A stretch of DNA of 64,000 nucleotides from Christensenella sp. (GCA_022784465.1 JALFUR010000011.1:27230-91229), one strand, 5' to 3'. Shown: positions 31,914-42,832, counted from the first letter of the stretch. Numbers and translations are program-made. The notes: a model not told the origin generated them from the sequence alone.

Positions 31914-32460
31914 AAGAAGAGACGTTTTATGCTACTTAAGATATAGGGGACAAGAAATATCCCCTGAACTTGATGCAAAAATAACAGAGTCAATAAATAT
32001 CTGTAGAGATAATTTGCAATTAAAAAACATCATTAGAAAATATAAAATAGATAGAGAAAATAAAACCCTAGTAGGAACCAATTTGGTATTAGGTGGAAAT
32101 AGTATTTGGAAGCATTTAGAAGGATGCGATGAAGCATATTTATTCGCTGCCACTATAGGTTTTGAGGTAGAAAGACAAATAAACAAATACTTTATTAAAG
32201 ATAGAACTATTGCAGTAATTTTAGACGCTGCTGCAACAGCAGCCATTGAGAGTTATTGTGATGAGTTATGTGATGAATTGCCAGGAGAGATTACCTCAAG
32301 ATTTTCTTGTGGGTATGGAGATTTTGATATTTCTCATCAAAAAAATATTTGTCAGGTTTTAGATACACAAAAAAATATAGGGGTTTTTACAAACTCTTCA
32401 TATATGTTGTCTCCTCAAAAATCTGTTACTGCTGTTATCGGAGTTAAAAATGGACGTTAG
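31903..32460 (+). CDS. Stand-alone methionine synthase activation domain
   Basis: FAATIG, RFSCGYGD, LSPQKSVTAVIG; between metF and metH. Confidence 0.85.
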   Translation: MEIKRRDVLCYLRYRGQEISPELDAKITESINICRDNLQLKNIIRKYKIDRENKTLVGTNLVLGGNSIWKHLEGCDEAYLFAATIGFEVERQINKYFIKDRTIAVILDAAATAAIESYCDELCDELPGEITSRFSCGYGDFDISHQKNICQVLDTQKNIGVFTNSSYMLSPQKSVTAVIGVKNGR

Positions 32461-34804
32461 AAAGTTTTTAAAAGAAAGCTATGTCATATTAGATGGAGCA
32501 ATGGGAACACAGCTACAAAAAGCTGGAATGCCTGTTGGTATGATTCCGGAAAAAATCAATGTAATTAATCCTGAAATGTTAATAAAAATTCAGAAAGAAT
32601 ATGTAGAAGCTGGAAGCGATATTATTTCAGTTAATTCTTTTGGGCTAAATAGTAGAAAAGTTGGAAGTTTTGATGAAATGAAGACTCTACTTGAGGCAGG
32701 TATTGATTGCGCAAGAAAAGCTGCAAATGGTAAGTTGATTGCATTAGACATGGGACCAACTGGCGAATTAATTGAGCCAATGGGCGCAATGACTTTTGAT
32801 GAGGCGTATGAATCATATAAAGAACAAATAATTGTTGCAAAAGATAAGGTAGATTTAATCATAATTGAAACAATGTCTGATTTATATGAAACTAAAGCAG
32901 CAGTTTTAGCAGCCAAAGAAAATTCAGATTTGCCAATTATGTGCTCAATGAGTTTTATGGAAAACAAGAGAACATTTACCGGAACTAGCGTTGAAGCTTT
33001 TGCCTTAACAATTTCGCCTTTTGTTGATGCGATTGGAATTAACTGTTCTTTAGGGCCAAAGCAAATATTGCCAATTATGGAAGAACTTGCAAAGTGGACA
33101 AACTTGCCTTTGTTTATCCAGGCAAATGCAGGTATTCCTAATGATAAAATGGAGTATCCTGTAAAAGCGCAAGAGTTTGCTCAAACATATAAGCAATTTA
33201 TGGATTTGGGGGTAACTATCTTTGGTGGATGTTGCGGAACAACACCTGAATACATTAAAGAAGTTAGTAAAATTGTAGAAGGCAAAAAAGTTAAAGAAAG
33301 AAAAGTAAATATTCCTTCTGCTGTATGTTCTGCAACTGTTGTTAAAGTAATAGACAAAGTAACTGTTATTGGTGAGAGAATTAATCCTACTGGAAAAAAA
33401 TTGATGAAACAGGCAATTATTGAAAACAATTTTGACTATATCTCTCAGCAAGCTATTGAACAAGTAGAAGCGGATGCTGATATATTAGACATTAATGCAG
33501 GATTGCCAGAAATTGATGAAAAGGAAACATTAACTAAAATAATAAAGTTTGTTCAAGGAATAGTTCCTGTTCCTCTACAAATTGACTGTGGAAAGAGTGA
33601 TGCTATTGAAAAGGCTTTAAGATATTATAATGGAAAAGCAATAGTAAACTCAGTTAATGGTGATGATAAAACTCTTGATTCAATTCTTCCTTTAGTAAAG
33701 AAATACGGAGCAAGTGTAGTTGGCTTAACCGTTAACGAAAAGGGCTTGCCATCAACGATAGAAGAGAGAATTGAGATTGCCCAAAAGATAATAGAAAGAG
33801 CAAAATATTACGGAATAAGAGAAGAAGATATCTTTATAGATTGTTTAACTTTAACCGTGTCTGTTGAGAAAAATCAGGCTATAAACACACTTAAGGCTAT
33901 AGAGAAAATTAAAGACATGTATAGGGTAAAAACGACATTAGGAGTATCTAATATTTCGTTTGGATTACCAAATAGACAGGTGGTAAACTCATCATTTTTA
34001 AAGACAGCAATAGCTTATGGATTAGATGCTCCAATTATAAATCCAAATATAGAAGCAAACATGAAAGCAATTAAAGATTATGAGGCTCAAAAGAATGATT
34101 ATTCAAAAGAATTTTTCTATACTGAGTTCATGGATGCTGTTGAAAATAATATAAACTTTACGCCATTTGAGGAAGTTAAACAAGAGGGTATAGACGAAGA
34201 CATTGCATATTGCATTAAACGTGGTTTAACTCAATCGAGAGTATGTTGCAAAAAGCTATTAGAAACAACAAATCCAATAGATATAATTGATCAATATTTG
34301 ATACCTGCTTTAAATGAGGTAGGCGATGAATATGAGAAAGGAAAGTTGTTCTTACCTCAATTAATTGCATCGGCAGAAAGTGCTAAGCTTTGCTTTGAAG
34401 AAATAAAAAAAGTAATGCCAGAATCAAACACTTCTAGAGGAGAGATTGTTATTGCTACAGTAAAAGGAGATATTCATGATATTGGCAAGAATATAGTTAA
34501 AACAGTTCTTGAAAACTATGGATACAAGATTTACGATTTAGGCAAAAATGTAGATCCTCAATTAATAGTTGACGCCGCTAAAAAACATAATGTAAAACTT
34601 GTTGGATTAAGTGCACTTATGACAACAACAGTTGGTGCTATGGAAGAAACGATAAACCTACTTAGAAAAGAAAATGTAGATTGTAAAGTCATGGTAGGTG
34701 GAGCAGTTTTAACTCAAGATTATGCAGATAAAATTGGTGCTGACTATTATACAAAAGATGCTAATCAAAGCGTAAAAGTCGCTGATTTAGTATTTAATCA
34801 TTAA
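32450..34804 (+). CDS. metH: B12-dependent methionine synthase (Hcy, pterin and cobalamin domains)
   Basis: LDGAMGT, GINCSLGP, GGCCGTTP, IGERINPTG, GDIHDIGKN. Confidence 0.93.
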   Translation: MDVRKFLKESYVILDGAMGTQLQKAGMPVGMIPEKINVINPEMLIKIQKEYVEAGSDIISVNSFGLNSRKVGSFDEMKTLLEAGIDCARKAANGKLIALDMGPTGELIEPMGAMTFDEAYESYKEQIIVAKDKVDLIIIETMSDLYETKAAVLAAKENSDLPIMCSMSFMENKRTFTGTSVEAFALTISPFVDAIGINCSLGPKQILPIMEELAKWTNLPLFIQANAGIPNDKMEYPVKAQEFAQTYKQFMDLGVTIFGGCCGTTPEYIKEVSKIVEGKKVKERKVNIPSAVCSATVVKVIDKVTVIGERINPTGKKLMKQAIIENNFDYISQQAIEQVEADADILDINAGLPEIDEKETLTKIIKFVQGIVPVPLQIDCGKSDAIEKALRYYNGKAIVNSVNGDDKTLDSILPLVKKYGASVVGLTVNEKGLPSTIEERIEIAQKIIERAKYYGIREEDIFIDCLTLTVSVEKNQAINTLKAIEKIKDMYRVKTTLGVSNISFGLPNRQVVNSSFLKTAIAYGLDAPIINPNIEANMKAIKDYEAQKNDYSKEFFYTEFMDAVENNINFTPFEEVKQEGIDEDIAYCIKRGLTQSRVCCKKLLETTNPIDIIDQYLIPALNEVGDEYEKGKLFLPQLIASAESAKLCFEEIKKVMPESNTSRGEIVIATVKGDIHDIGKNIVKTVLENYGYKIYDLGKNVDPQLIVDAAKKHNVKLVGLSALMTTTVGAMEETINLLRKENVDCKVMVGGAVLTQDYADKIGADYYTKDANQSVKVADLVFNH

Positions 34805-34840
34805 GAAAAGTAGAACTGCTTTGCAGTTCTTTCAGTATAT

Positions 34841-34878
34841 ATAGCCATAAAAGCGTTTGTTTTGATGGCTATTTTTTT
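34841..34878 (+). terminator. Intrinsic terminator of met operon
   Basis: ATAGCCAT...ATGGCTAT plus T run; extra hairpin AGAACTGC-ttt-GCAGTTCT just upstream. Confidence 0.7.
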
Positions 34879-34970
34879 GTAACAAAGGCATTAAGATTGA
34901 TTTTTCTTGTATTTATGCTTTTATTATAATAATATAAAAATATACGCGTTTTATTTTTGGAGGAATAAAA

Positions 34971-35462
34971 ATGGATAAATTAAAGCAAGGTATAGTTAAA
35001 TTGTTACAAGAGGATGCTAGATATACATCAGAAAAGATTGCTGTGCTTTTAGGTGTTTCTGAAGCGAACGCAAGAAAAGCTATAGAGGAGTTGGAATCTG
35101 ACGGAATAATTGTAAAGTATTCCGCGATTGTAAATACAGAAAAAGCTGGAGAAGACTTTGTTGATGCTTTAATTGAGATAAAAGTAACTCCACAACCAAG
35201 AAGAGGATATGATGCAATTGCTGCTCAAATTAGCAAATTTGACGAAGTAAAAGATGTTTATTTAATGAGCGGTGCATATGATATGATGGTCATCATAGAG
35301 GCAAAAACAATTAGAAATATTTCGCTTTTTGTTTCAGATAAATTGAGTGTTATAGAAGGTATAACAGGAGCTGCTACTCACTTTATCTTGAAAAAATATA
35401 AAGCAAGTGGTGTATCTTTGATAGATACAGAAAATACAAAAAGGATTATTTTACACGAATAA
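34971..35462 (+). CDS. Lrp/AsnC transcriptional regulator
   Basis: N-terminal HTH LLQEDARYT..IAVLLG, C-terminal SGAYD. Confidence 0.92.
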   Translation: MDKLKQGIVKLLQEDARYTSEKIAVLLGVSEANARKAIEELESDGIIVKYSAIVNTEKAGEDFVDALIEIKVTPQPRRGYDAIAAQISKFDEVKDVYLMSGAYDMMVIIEAKTIRNISLFVSDKLSVIEGITGAATHFILKKYKASGVSLIDTENTKRIILHE

Positions 35463-36646
35463 TGGATTATAGAAAATATATAAGTAATAATGCTATTGAT
35501 ATCCCGCCTTCAGGAATTCGAAAGTTCTTTGATATTGTTGCTGAAAAGCCAGGAGCAATATCTTTAGGCGTAGGCGAACCGGACTTTGATACTCCTTGGG
35601 TGTGTAGAGATGCAGCTATCAAGAGCATTCAAAAAGGATATACTCAATATACAAGCAATTTTGGAATGCCAAAGTTGCGTGATTTAATTTCAAAATATTA
35701 CAAGCTTAGATACAACTTAGTATATAGCGCAAAAAATGAGATTTTATGCACTGTAGGCGCTAGCGAGGGAATTGATCTTGCATTAAGGACATTGATTAAT
35801 CCTGGAGATGAAGTTCTTATTCCAGATCCTTCATATGTTTCATATAGACCAATTGTTACACTATTAGGAGCTAAGCCTGTTTCTATTCCTTGTAGCATAG
35901 ATAATGAATTTAAAATTACATTAGAGAATTTAAAGAAAGTGGTAACAGACAAGACTAAAGTTATTATTTTCCCTTATCCAAATAATCCTACTGGAGCGAT
36001 AATGGAAAAAGAAGATTTAGAGGCTATTGTTCCATTTATTATAGAAAAAGATTTATTTGTTATTTCTGATGAAATTTATTCTGAACTTACATATACAAAG
36101 AAGGGGCATATTTCCATTGCTTCTATCTCTTCAATGAAGGAAAGAACAGTTGTTTTAAATGGTTTTTCAAAAGCTTTTGCAATGACTGGTTGGAGACTAG
36201 GTTACGCATTAGCTCCAGCAGAAATAATTAATGTTATGTATAAGATTCATCAATACGCTATTATGTGTTGTCCAACTGCATCACAATATGCAGCTATGGC
36301 AGCATTAGAAAACGGTTTTGAAGAAGGTTTTTCTACTATTTTAGACATGAAAGAAGAATACAATATGCGTCGTAGATATTTATTACATGAGTTCAATTCT
36401 ATGGGACTTAAATGTTTTGAACCAAAAGGTGCGTTTTACGTATTCCCTTGTGTATCTTCAACAGGGATGGACGGCGAAGAGTTTGCAAACACATTATTTA
36501 AAGAAAAGAATGTTGCAGTTGTGCCTGGAAATGCTTTTGGAGAAAGCGGTAAGGATTTTGTTCGTGTTAGTTATGCATATAGTATTAAGAATCTAGAAAT
36601 CGCTATTAAGAAAATAAAAGAGTTTGTTAATTCTCATAAAAAATAA
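35462..36646 (+). CDS. Class I/II PLP aminotransferase
   Basis: GVGEPDF, PNNPTG, SDEIY, GFSKAFAMTGWRLG. Confidence 0.93.
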   Translation: MDYRKYISNNAIDIPPSGIRKFFDIVAEKPGAISLGVGEPDFDTPWVCRDAAIKSIQKGYTQYTSNFGMPKLRDLISKYYKLRYNLVYSAKNEILCTVGASEGIDLALRTLINPGDEVLIPDPSYVSYRPIVTLLGAKPVSIPCSIDNEFKITLENLKKVVTDKTKVIIFPYPNNPTGAIMEKEDLEAIVPFIIEKDLFVISDEIYSELTYTKKGHISIASISSMKERTVVLNGFSKAFAMTGWRLGYALAPAEIINVMYKIHQYAIMCCPTASQYAAMAALENGFEEGFSTILDMKEEYNMRRRYLLHEFNSMGLKCFEPKGAFYVFPCVSSTGMDGEEFANTLFKEKNVAVVPGNAFGESGKDFVRVSYAYSIKNLEIAIKKIKEFVNSHKK

Positions 36647-36655
36647 GGAGTTGTT

Positions 36656-38395
36656 ATGAACGAAAAGAGAATAATGTTAGGCAACGAAGCTATTGCTCGT
36701 GGCGCATATGAAGCTGGCGTTAAAGTATCGGCAGCATATCCTGGAACACCTAGCACTGAAATTAGTGAAAATATCGTTAAATATAAAGATGATATTTATT
36801 GTGAATGGTCCCCAAATGAAAAAGTAGCTATGGAAGTGGCTATTGGTGCTTCGATGGCGGGAGTAAGAAGTCTTGTATCAATGAAACACGTTGGGGTTAA
36901 TGTAGCATCAGATCCTTTATATACTGTTGCATATATTGGGGTTAGCGGCGGACTTGTTATGGTTGCTGCAGATGACCCAGGAATGTATAGCTCTCAAAAT
37001 GAACAAGATTCAAGAATGGTTGCAAGAGCTGCTATGGTTCCTGTGCTTGAACCATCAGATAGCATGGAAGCAAAAGAGTTTATTAAATACGCTTATGAAC
37101 TAAGCGAAAAATATGACACGCCTATAATGGTTAGAACAACAACAAGACTTGCGCACTCTCAAGGTATAGTTGAACTTAACGATCGTCAAGAAGTTGAAGA
37201 TAAACCATATGAGAGAGATATAGCAAAAAGAGTTATGATGCCAGGCAATGCTATTAAAAGGCATTTAGTTGTTGAAGATAGAATGAATAGAATGAAAGAA
37301 GATGCTTGTTCTATGCCAATAAATAGGGTTGAATACAATGATAAAAAAATTGGTGTTATAACAAGCGGTATTCCTTATCTATACGTAAAAGAGGCTTTGC
37401 CAAATGCTTCTGTGTTAAAGCTAGGCATGGTTCATCCTCTTCCAAAAAAACTAATTGAAGAGTTTGCTTCACAAGTAGAAACTCTATACATAGTGGAAGA
37501 ATTAGAACCTGTTATTGAAGAACAAGTTAAATCTTGGGGTATTAAATGTATAGGAAAAGAGATATTTACAATACAAGGCGAATATAGTGCAAATATGCTT
37601 TCAAAAGCAATATTACATGAAGATTTATATTTGCCTGAGGCTACTCAAGCGCCAGCTAGACCACCTATCTTGTGTCCTGGTTGTCCTCATAGAGCTACAT
37701 TCTCTGTTTTGAAAAAGTTAAAGATACATGCTGCAGGAGATATTGGATGCTATACACTAGGTGCAGTTAATCCATTGGGAGTAATAGACACGACTGTATG
37801 TATGGGCTCAAGTATTTCTACTCTTCATGGAATGGAAAAGGCAAAAGGTAAAGATTATATAAAGAACTGGGTTGCTGTAATTGGAGATTCTACATTCTTA
37901 CATACTGGTGTAAATTCATTAATGAATATGGTATATAACCAATCTACAGCTACAGTAATGATTTTGGATAATTCTACAACTGGAATGACGGGACACCAAG
38001 ATCACGCTGCTACAGGCAAAACATTAATGGGAGAAACAGTTAAACCTATTTTGCTTGATGAGTTAGTAAAGGGAATGGGAATAAAGAATGTTCATGTTGT
38101 AGATGTTTTCGATTTAGACAAATTAGAAAAGACTATAAAAGAAGAAGTAGCAAAAGACGAGTTATCCGTTATTATTGCTCAATCGCCATGTGCATTGTTA
38201 AAGAGCTTTGTTCCAAAGGGAAAATGTATTGTTATTCCACAAAAGTGTAGGAAATGTGGTATGTGCTTAATTCCTGGATGTCCAGCAATGACAAAAGCAG
38301 AAGATGGTACAGTTGTTATAAATGATACGATGTGCAATGGATGTGGCTTGTGTCTATCTAGATGCAAGTTTGGAGCCATTGAGGAGGTAAAGTAA
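36656..38395 (+). CDS. iorA: Indolepyruvate:ferredoxin oxidoreductase alpha
   Basis: GNEAIARG, YPGTPSTE, CPGCPHR, GDIGCY, GDSTFLHTG, C-terminal ferredoxin Cys motifs. Confidence 0.93.
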   Translation: MNEKRIMLGNEAIARGAYEAGVKVSAAYPGTPSTEISENIVKYKDDIYCEWSPNEKVAMEVAIGASMAGVRSLVSMKHVGVNVASDPLYTVAYIGVSGGLVMVAADDPGMYSSQNEQDSRMVARAAMVPVLEPSDSMEAKEFIKYAYELSEKYDTPIMVRTTTRLAHSQGIVELNDRQEVEDKPYERDIAKRVMMPGNAIKRHLVVEDRMNRMKEDACSMPINRVEYNDKKIGVITSGIPYLYVKEALPNASVLKLGMVHPLPKKLIEEFASQVETLYIVEELEPVIEEQVKSWGIKCIGKEIFTIQGEYSANMLSKAILHEDLYLPEATQAPARPPILCPGCPHRATFSVLKKLKIHAAGDIGCYTLGAVNPLGVIDTTVCMGSSISTLHGMEKAKGKDYIKNWVAVIGDSTFLHTGVNSLMNMVYNQSTATVMILDNSTTGMTGHQDHAATGKTLMGETVKPILLDELVKGMGIKNVHVVDVFDLDKLEKTIKEEVAKDELSVIIAQSPCALLKSFVPKGKCIVIPQKCRKCGMCLIPGCPAMTKAEDGTVVINDTMCNGCGLCLSRCKFGAIEEVK

Positions 38396-38396
38396 T

Positions 38397-38966
38397 ATGG
38401 AAACAAAGAACATAATGATTGTTGGTGTTGGTGGACAAGGTACTTTACTTACAAGCCGTATTCTTGGTGGCATTACTACAATGGCTGGCTATGACGTTAA
38501 ATTGTCCGAAGTTCACGGAATGGCTCAAAGAGGCGGAAGTGTTGTTACTTTTGTAAGATATGGAGATAAGGTTTATGAACCTATTGTCGAAATTGGAAAG
38601 GCAGACGTTTTAATTGCATTTGAAAAATTAGAAGCATTGAGATATATGCATTATCTAAAGAAAGATGGCGTAATAATAGTAAATGATCAAAGAATTGATC
38701 CAATGACTGTTGTAACGGGAGTAGCTAAATATCCAGAAAACATTTTAGAAACATTATCTAAAGACCATAAGGTTATTGCTGTTAAAGCCATGGATGAAGC
38801 AAAGAAATTAGGCAATGCAAAAGTGTTTAATACAATTATTGTTGGCGTAGCTGCTAAACATATGGATTTTAAGAAAGAAGAATGGATAAAAGTAATAGAG
38901 AAAACAGTTCCACAAAAGACTGTTGAAATAAATAAAGCTGCTTTTGAAGTAGGATATAATATTTGA
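38397..38966 (+). CDS. iorB: Indolepyruvate oxidoreductase beta
   Basis: GVGGQG, SEVHGMAQRGGSV. Confidence 0.93.
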   Translation: METKNIMIVGVGGQGTLLTSRILGGITTMAGYDVKLSEVHGMAQRGGSVVTFVRYGDKVYEPIVEIGKADVLIAFEKLEALRYMHYLKKDGVIIVNDQRIDPMTVVTGVAKYPENILETLSKDHKVIAVKAMDEAKKLGNAKVFNTIIVGVAAKHMDFKKEEWIKVIEKTVPQKTVEINKAAFEVGYNI

Positions 38967-38976
38967 GGTAAAAAAA

Positions 38977-39471
38977 ATGAATAAGATTGCAATAGAATTA
39001 ATGGATGGAAGAGTAATGAGGGCTGAACTTGACGAAAAAAGTGCTCCTATTACTGTTGCTAATTTTTTAAAGCTTGTAGATGAAAACTTTTTTGCAGGAT
39101 TAATATTCCATAGAGTTATAAAGAATTTTATGATTCAAGGTGGCGGAATGTATCAAAACCTAGAGGAGAAACATACGTCTGCAATAAAAGGTGAGTTTAT
39201 TCAAAATGGTGTAAATAATCCAATAAAACATAATGTTGGAACATTGTCTATGGCAAGAACTATGGATCCAAATAGTGCTTCTTCGCAGTTTTTCATTTGC
39301 GTTGCACCTTGCTCTTATTTAGATGGACAATATGCTGCTTTTGGAAAATTATGCGATGAGGAAAGTGAAAAAATAGCTATAGATATATCTAGTGTTCAAA
39401 CAACAAGTTTTAGATGGTATGATGATGTGCCTTTACAACCAATTGTTATAAAGACAATAAAGAGAATATAA
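38977..39471 (+). CDS. Cyclophilin-type peptidyl-prolyl isomerase
   Basis: APITVANF, FHRVIKNFMIQGGG, LSMART, LDGQYAAFG. Confidence 0.93.
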   Translation: MNKIAIELMDGRVMRAELDEKSAPITVANFLKLVDENFFAGLIFHRVIKNFMIQGGGMYQNLEEKHTSAIKGEFIQNGVNNPIKHNVGTLSMARTMDPNSASSQFFICVAPCSYLDGQYAAFGKLCDEESEKIAIDISSVQTTSFRWYDDVPLQPIVIKTIKRI

Positions 39472-39488
39472 TTAGGAGACAAAATTTT

Positions 39489-40790
39489 ATGATTTGGGCG
39501 AAAGAGGAGACCCTTCCAAGAGAAGAAATTGAAAAGATTCAATTAGAAAAATTAAAAAAGTTAGTTGTAAGGATGTATGAAGGTGCTCCTTATTATAGAA
39601 AGAAAATGGACGAGGCTAATGTTAAGCCGGAAGATATTCAAACGCTAAAAGATGTTCAAAAATTGCCATTTACTACAAAGCAGGAAATGAGAGATAATTA
39701 TCCATTTAAAATGCTTATGGTTCCAATGAGTGAAATTAAAAGAATTCACGCATCATCTGGAACAACTGGCAAACCAACAGTTGTTGCCTATACTCAAAAT
39801 GATTTAGATATGTGGTCTGAATGCGTAGCAAGATTAGCTGCAGCTGGCGGTGCTACTAAAGACGATATTGCACAAATATGTTTTGGATACGGAATGTTTA
39901 CTGGGGCATTAGGCTTGCACTGTGGATTGGAAAAAATAGGCGCAGCTATTATCCCTTCATCAACTGGTAATACTCAAAAACAATTATTATACATGAAAGA
40001 TTTTGGAACAACACTATTAGTTGCAACGCCTTCATATGCAATGAGAATCGCTGAGGTTGCAAAGGAAATAGGAATGGATCCAAAAAAGGATTTAAATCTA
40101 AGAGTTGCTTTAGTTGGAAGTGAACTTTTGACAGAAGCAATGAGAACAGAGATGCATAAAGTCTATGGAGATAAACTTCTTGTAACACAAAATTATGGCA
40201 TGAGCGAATTGATAGGACCTGGAGTTTCTGGAGAATGTGAGTATTTGTGTGGTATGCATATTAATGAGGATCATTTCTTAGTTGAGATTATTAACCCTGA
40301 GACTGGAGAAGTGTTAAAACCAGGCGAAAAAGGGGAAGTCGTTGTTACATGTTTAGATAAAGAAGCTTTACCTCTTATTCGTTATCGTACAAGAGATATT
40401 TCAAGATTGTTCTTAGAAAAATGTAAGTGTGGAAGAACTACTGCTAGAATGGAAAATTTGAGCGGAAGAACAGATGACATGTTAAAAATAAGAGGTGTAA
40501 ATGTGTTCCCATCACAAATAGAAGAAGCTTTATTGTCTGTTGATGGAATTGGACCTCATTATGAAATTATTGTTGAAAAAAATGGAATGTCTGATGTATT
40601 GACTATAAGAGTAGAAATTGCTCCAGAAAAAATGCAAGATTCATTTGCTTTTATAAGTAATTTGCAAAAGGAAATAAAAGAAAAGATTAAATTTATATTG
40701 GGCTTGGATTCTATAGTAAAAATTGAATCTCCAAATACACTTCAAAGATTTGAAGGAAAAGCAAAAAGAGTAATTGATTTAAGAAAATAG
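39489..40790 (+). CDS. paaK: Phenylacetate-CoA ligase
   Basis: HASSGTTGKP, YGMSE, RYRTRD, GRTDDMLKIRGVNVFPSQIE. Confidence 0.92.
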   Translation: MIWAKEETLPREEIEKIQLEKLKKLVVRMYEGAPYYRKKMDEANVKPEDIQTLKDVQKLPFTTKQEMRDNYPFKMLMVPMSEIKRIHASSGTTGKPTVVAYTQNDLDMWSECVARLAAAGGATKDDIAQICFGYGMFTGALGLHCGLEKIGAAIIPSSTGNTQKQLLYMKDFGTTLLVATPSYAMRIAEVAKEIGMDPKKDLNLRVALVGSELLTEAMRTEMHKVYGDKLLVTQNYGMSELIGPGVSGECEYLCGMHINEDHFLVEIINPETGEVLKPGEKGEVVVTCLDKEALPLIRYRTRDISRLFLEKCKCGRTTARMENLSGRTDDMLKIRGVNVFPSQIEEALLSVDGIGPHYEIIVEKNGMSDVLTIRVEIAPEKMQDSFAFISNLQKEIKEKIKFILGLDSIVKIESPNTLQRFEGKAKRVIDLRK

Positions 40791-40800
40791 GAGGTTAAAG

Positions 40801-41223
40801 ATGTATATAAAGCAATTATGTGTTTTTTTAGAAAATAGTTGTGGAAAATTAGAATTGTTAACTGAAGTATTAGCTAAGAACGATATTAATTTAATTTCTA
40901 TGAGCATTTCTGATACAAACGATTTTGGTGTTGTAAGATTGATTGTATCTGATCCAAATAAAGCTCAAGATTGTCTAGTTAGAAACGGATTTGCTTCTAT
41001 TGTAAACGATATTATGGCAGTTAAGATTCCACATAAGCCAGGTTCATTAAATGGCTTATTAAGAGCATTTTCACAAAAGGGAATAAACGTTGAATATGCT
41101 TATGCTTTAACTTCTGGAGATAATGCATCTATATTGATGAAAACAAGCAACGATGAAATTGCTTCAAAAATTATTAAAGAAAAATATGGATTCTGCGAAG
41201 CAGAAGAAATATATAATATGTAG
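40801..41223 (+). CDS. Tandem ACT-domain protein
   Basis: QLCVFLEN..G.L and HKPGSL; typical paaK neighbour. Confidence 0.88.
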   Translation: MYIKQLCVFLENSCGKLELLTEVLAKNDINLISMSISDTNDFGVVRLIVSDPNKAQDCLVRNGFASIVNDIMAVKIPHKPGSLNGLLRAFSQKGINVEYAYALTSGDNASILMKTSNDEIASKIIKEKYGFCEAEEIYNM

Positions 41224-41225
41224 AT

Positions 41226-42062
41226 ATGGTAATAGATTTTCACAATCATACATATCCAGATAAAATTGCAGCCGAAACTGTAGAGAAATTATCTAGCATT
41301 TCAAATACTGTTCCTTATACAAATGGAACAGCGGAAGGCCTTAGCAATGATTTAAAAGAATCAGGCATCGATTTAGGCATTGTTTTGCCTGTTGCTACCG
41401 CCCCAAGACAAGTTGAAAAAATTAACAATACAGCAATAAATGTAAATACTTCATATAACAATTTGATTTCTTTTGCAGCAATGCATCCTGATTACGAAGA
41501 TTATAAACAAGAGATAAAAAGAATCAAGGAATTAGGATACAAAGGAATAAAGATTCATCCGGATTATCAAGGATGCTTTTTCGATGACATTAAATATTTA
41601 AACATTTTAGAAGAAGCATTTAAAAATGATCTTATTGTAGTAACTCATGCAGGAATAGATATTGGGCTTCCAGATTCTGTTCATTGTTCAGTAGATAGAG
41701 CAATAAATGCCATTAATCTATTGCAATTAAAAGAAGAGAAATTAGTATTAGCTCATACTGGCGGATGGAGACAATGGGATCAAGTTTTAGATAAATTGTG
41801 TGGTAAAAACGTGTATTTTGATACTGCATTTTCTATTGGAAAAATTCAATACAAGGATAGCAAAAAATATTTTAATCTAATGGATGATGATTTATTTATA
41901 AAAATCGTCAGAGCGCATGGTGCAAACAAAATCGTATTTGCTACAGATTCTCCTTGGGCAGGGCATAGAGAATCTCTTGAGGCTTTTAATAGACTTAGTC
42001 TTACAAAAGAAGAAAAAGAAGCTATTCTTTATAAAACTGCAAAATCTCTTTTAAATATTTAA
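41226..42062 (+). CDS. Amidohydrolase_2-family metal hydrolase
   Basis: DFHNH, GIKIHP, THAG, LAHTGG, FATDSPW. Confidence 0.88.
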   Translation: MVIDFHNHTYPDKIAAETVEKLSSISNTVPYTNGTAEGLSNDLKESGIDLGIVLPVATAPRQVEKINNTAINVNTSYNNLISFAAMHPDYEDYKQEIKRIKELGYKGIKIHPDYQGCFFDDIKYLNILEEAFKNDLIVVTHAGIDIGLPDSVHCSVDRAINAINLLQLKEEKLVLAHTGGWRQWDQVLDKLCGKNVYFDTAFSIGKIQYKDSKKYFNLMDDDLFIKIVRAHGANKIVFATDSPWAGHRESLEAFNRLSLTKEEKEAILYKTAKSLLNI

Positions 42063-42138
42063 GTTTAGGTAACAAAAAAGGAGCTTATTCATAACTTTTT
42101 GTTTTTGAAAAGCCCCTTTTATTTTTTCTTGTAGTTAA

Positions 42139-42558
42139 TTATGATCTTGCTATTTTATTTACAAGTCCCATATCGCACTTGCCAGCAAAATTTGTTTTAA
42201 AATGTTTCATGATTGAAGGCATTGATTTGTCTTCAAGTTTATCTATCTCGGCTTTGATTTCTTCAGCACTCATTAATTTTGGTAAATATTTTCTTACTGT
42301 TTCAATTTGTACATCTAGGCTTTTTACGCTATCTTCTCTGCCTGCTTTTTTAAAGCCTTCTTGTTCTTCAATAAGTTCTTTCTCGCATTTTTGTAATATT
42401 GAAACTATATCAGCTTCTACAATTTCCTCACCCTTGGCTCTTTTATCAATACTAGCCATAAGAATCTTATTTACAATTAAGTCATAAGCGTTAATTGCAT
42501 CTTTGTTTCTTTCTTTCATTGCAGCGATTTTTTCTTTCTTAAAAAAATTAATATCCAT
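42139..42558 (-). CDS. yqeY: GatB/YqeY domain protein
   Basis: AAMKERNK, FKKAGR, KYLPKLMS, DMGLVNK. Confidence 0.85.
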   Translation of the reverse strand: MDINFFKKEKIAAMKERNKDAINAYDLIVNKILMASIDKRAKGEEIVEADIVSILQKCEKELIEEQEGFKKAGREDSVKSLDVQIETVRKYLPKLMSAEEIKAEIDKLEDKSMPSIMKHFKTNFAGKCDMGLVNKIARS

Positions 42559-42622
42559 ATTAACACCTCATATATTTTTCATAGTTATTTGTTTAAAAAA
42601 ATCAAGCCGAAGCTTGAAGATT

Positions 42623-42832
42623 TTAAATGTTAGGGAACACTCTTCCAAGCAAATCATCGAGCGAAACATTTAGATAATCTGCGATTTGACATAAGCAAGA
42701 CAAAGAAGGCTCAGCCGTTCCATTTTCATAATGAGAAATGGTGCGTTGAGAAATACCAAGATAATCTGCAAGCTCAGTTTGCGATACTCTTTTTGCTTTA
42801 CGTAATTTTCTTAAATTCTGTTTAAATGTCAT
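42623..42832 (-). CDS. Small XRE HTH regulator
   Basis: VSQTELADYLGISQRTISHYENG..EP. Confidence 0.88.
   Translation of the reverse strand: MTFKQNLRKLRKAKRVSQTELADYLGISQRTISHYENGTAEPSLSCLCQIADYLNVSLDDLLGRVFPNI

Noticed and set aside
31903-34804. Split methionine synthase
   Set aside because: A separate activation domain is well known (Thermotoga/Clostridia type)
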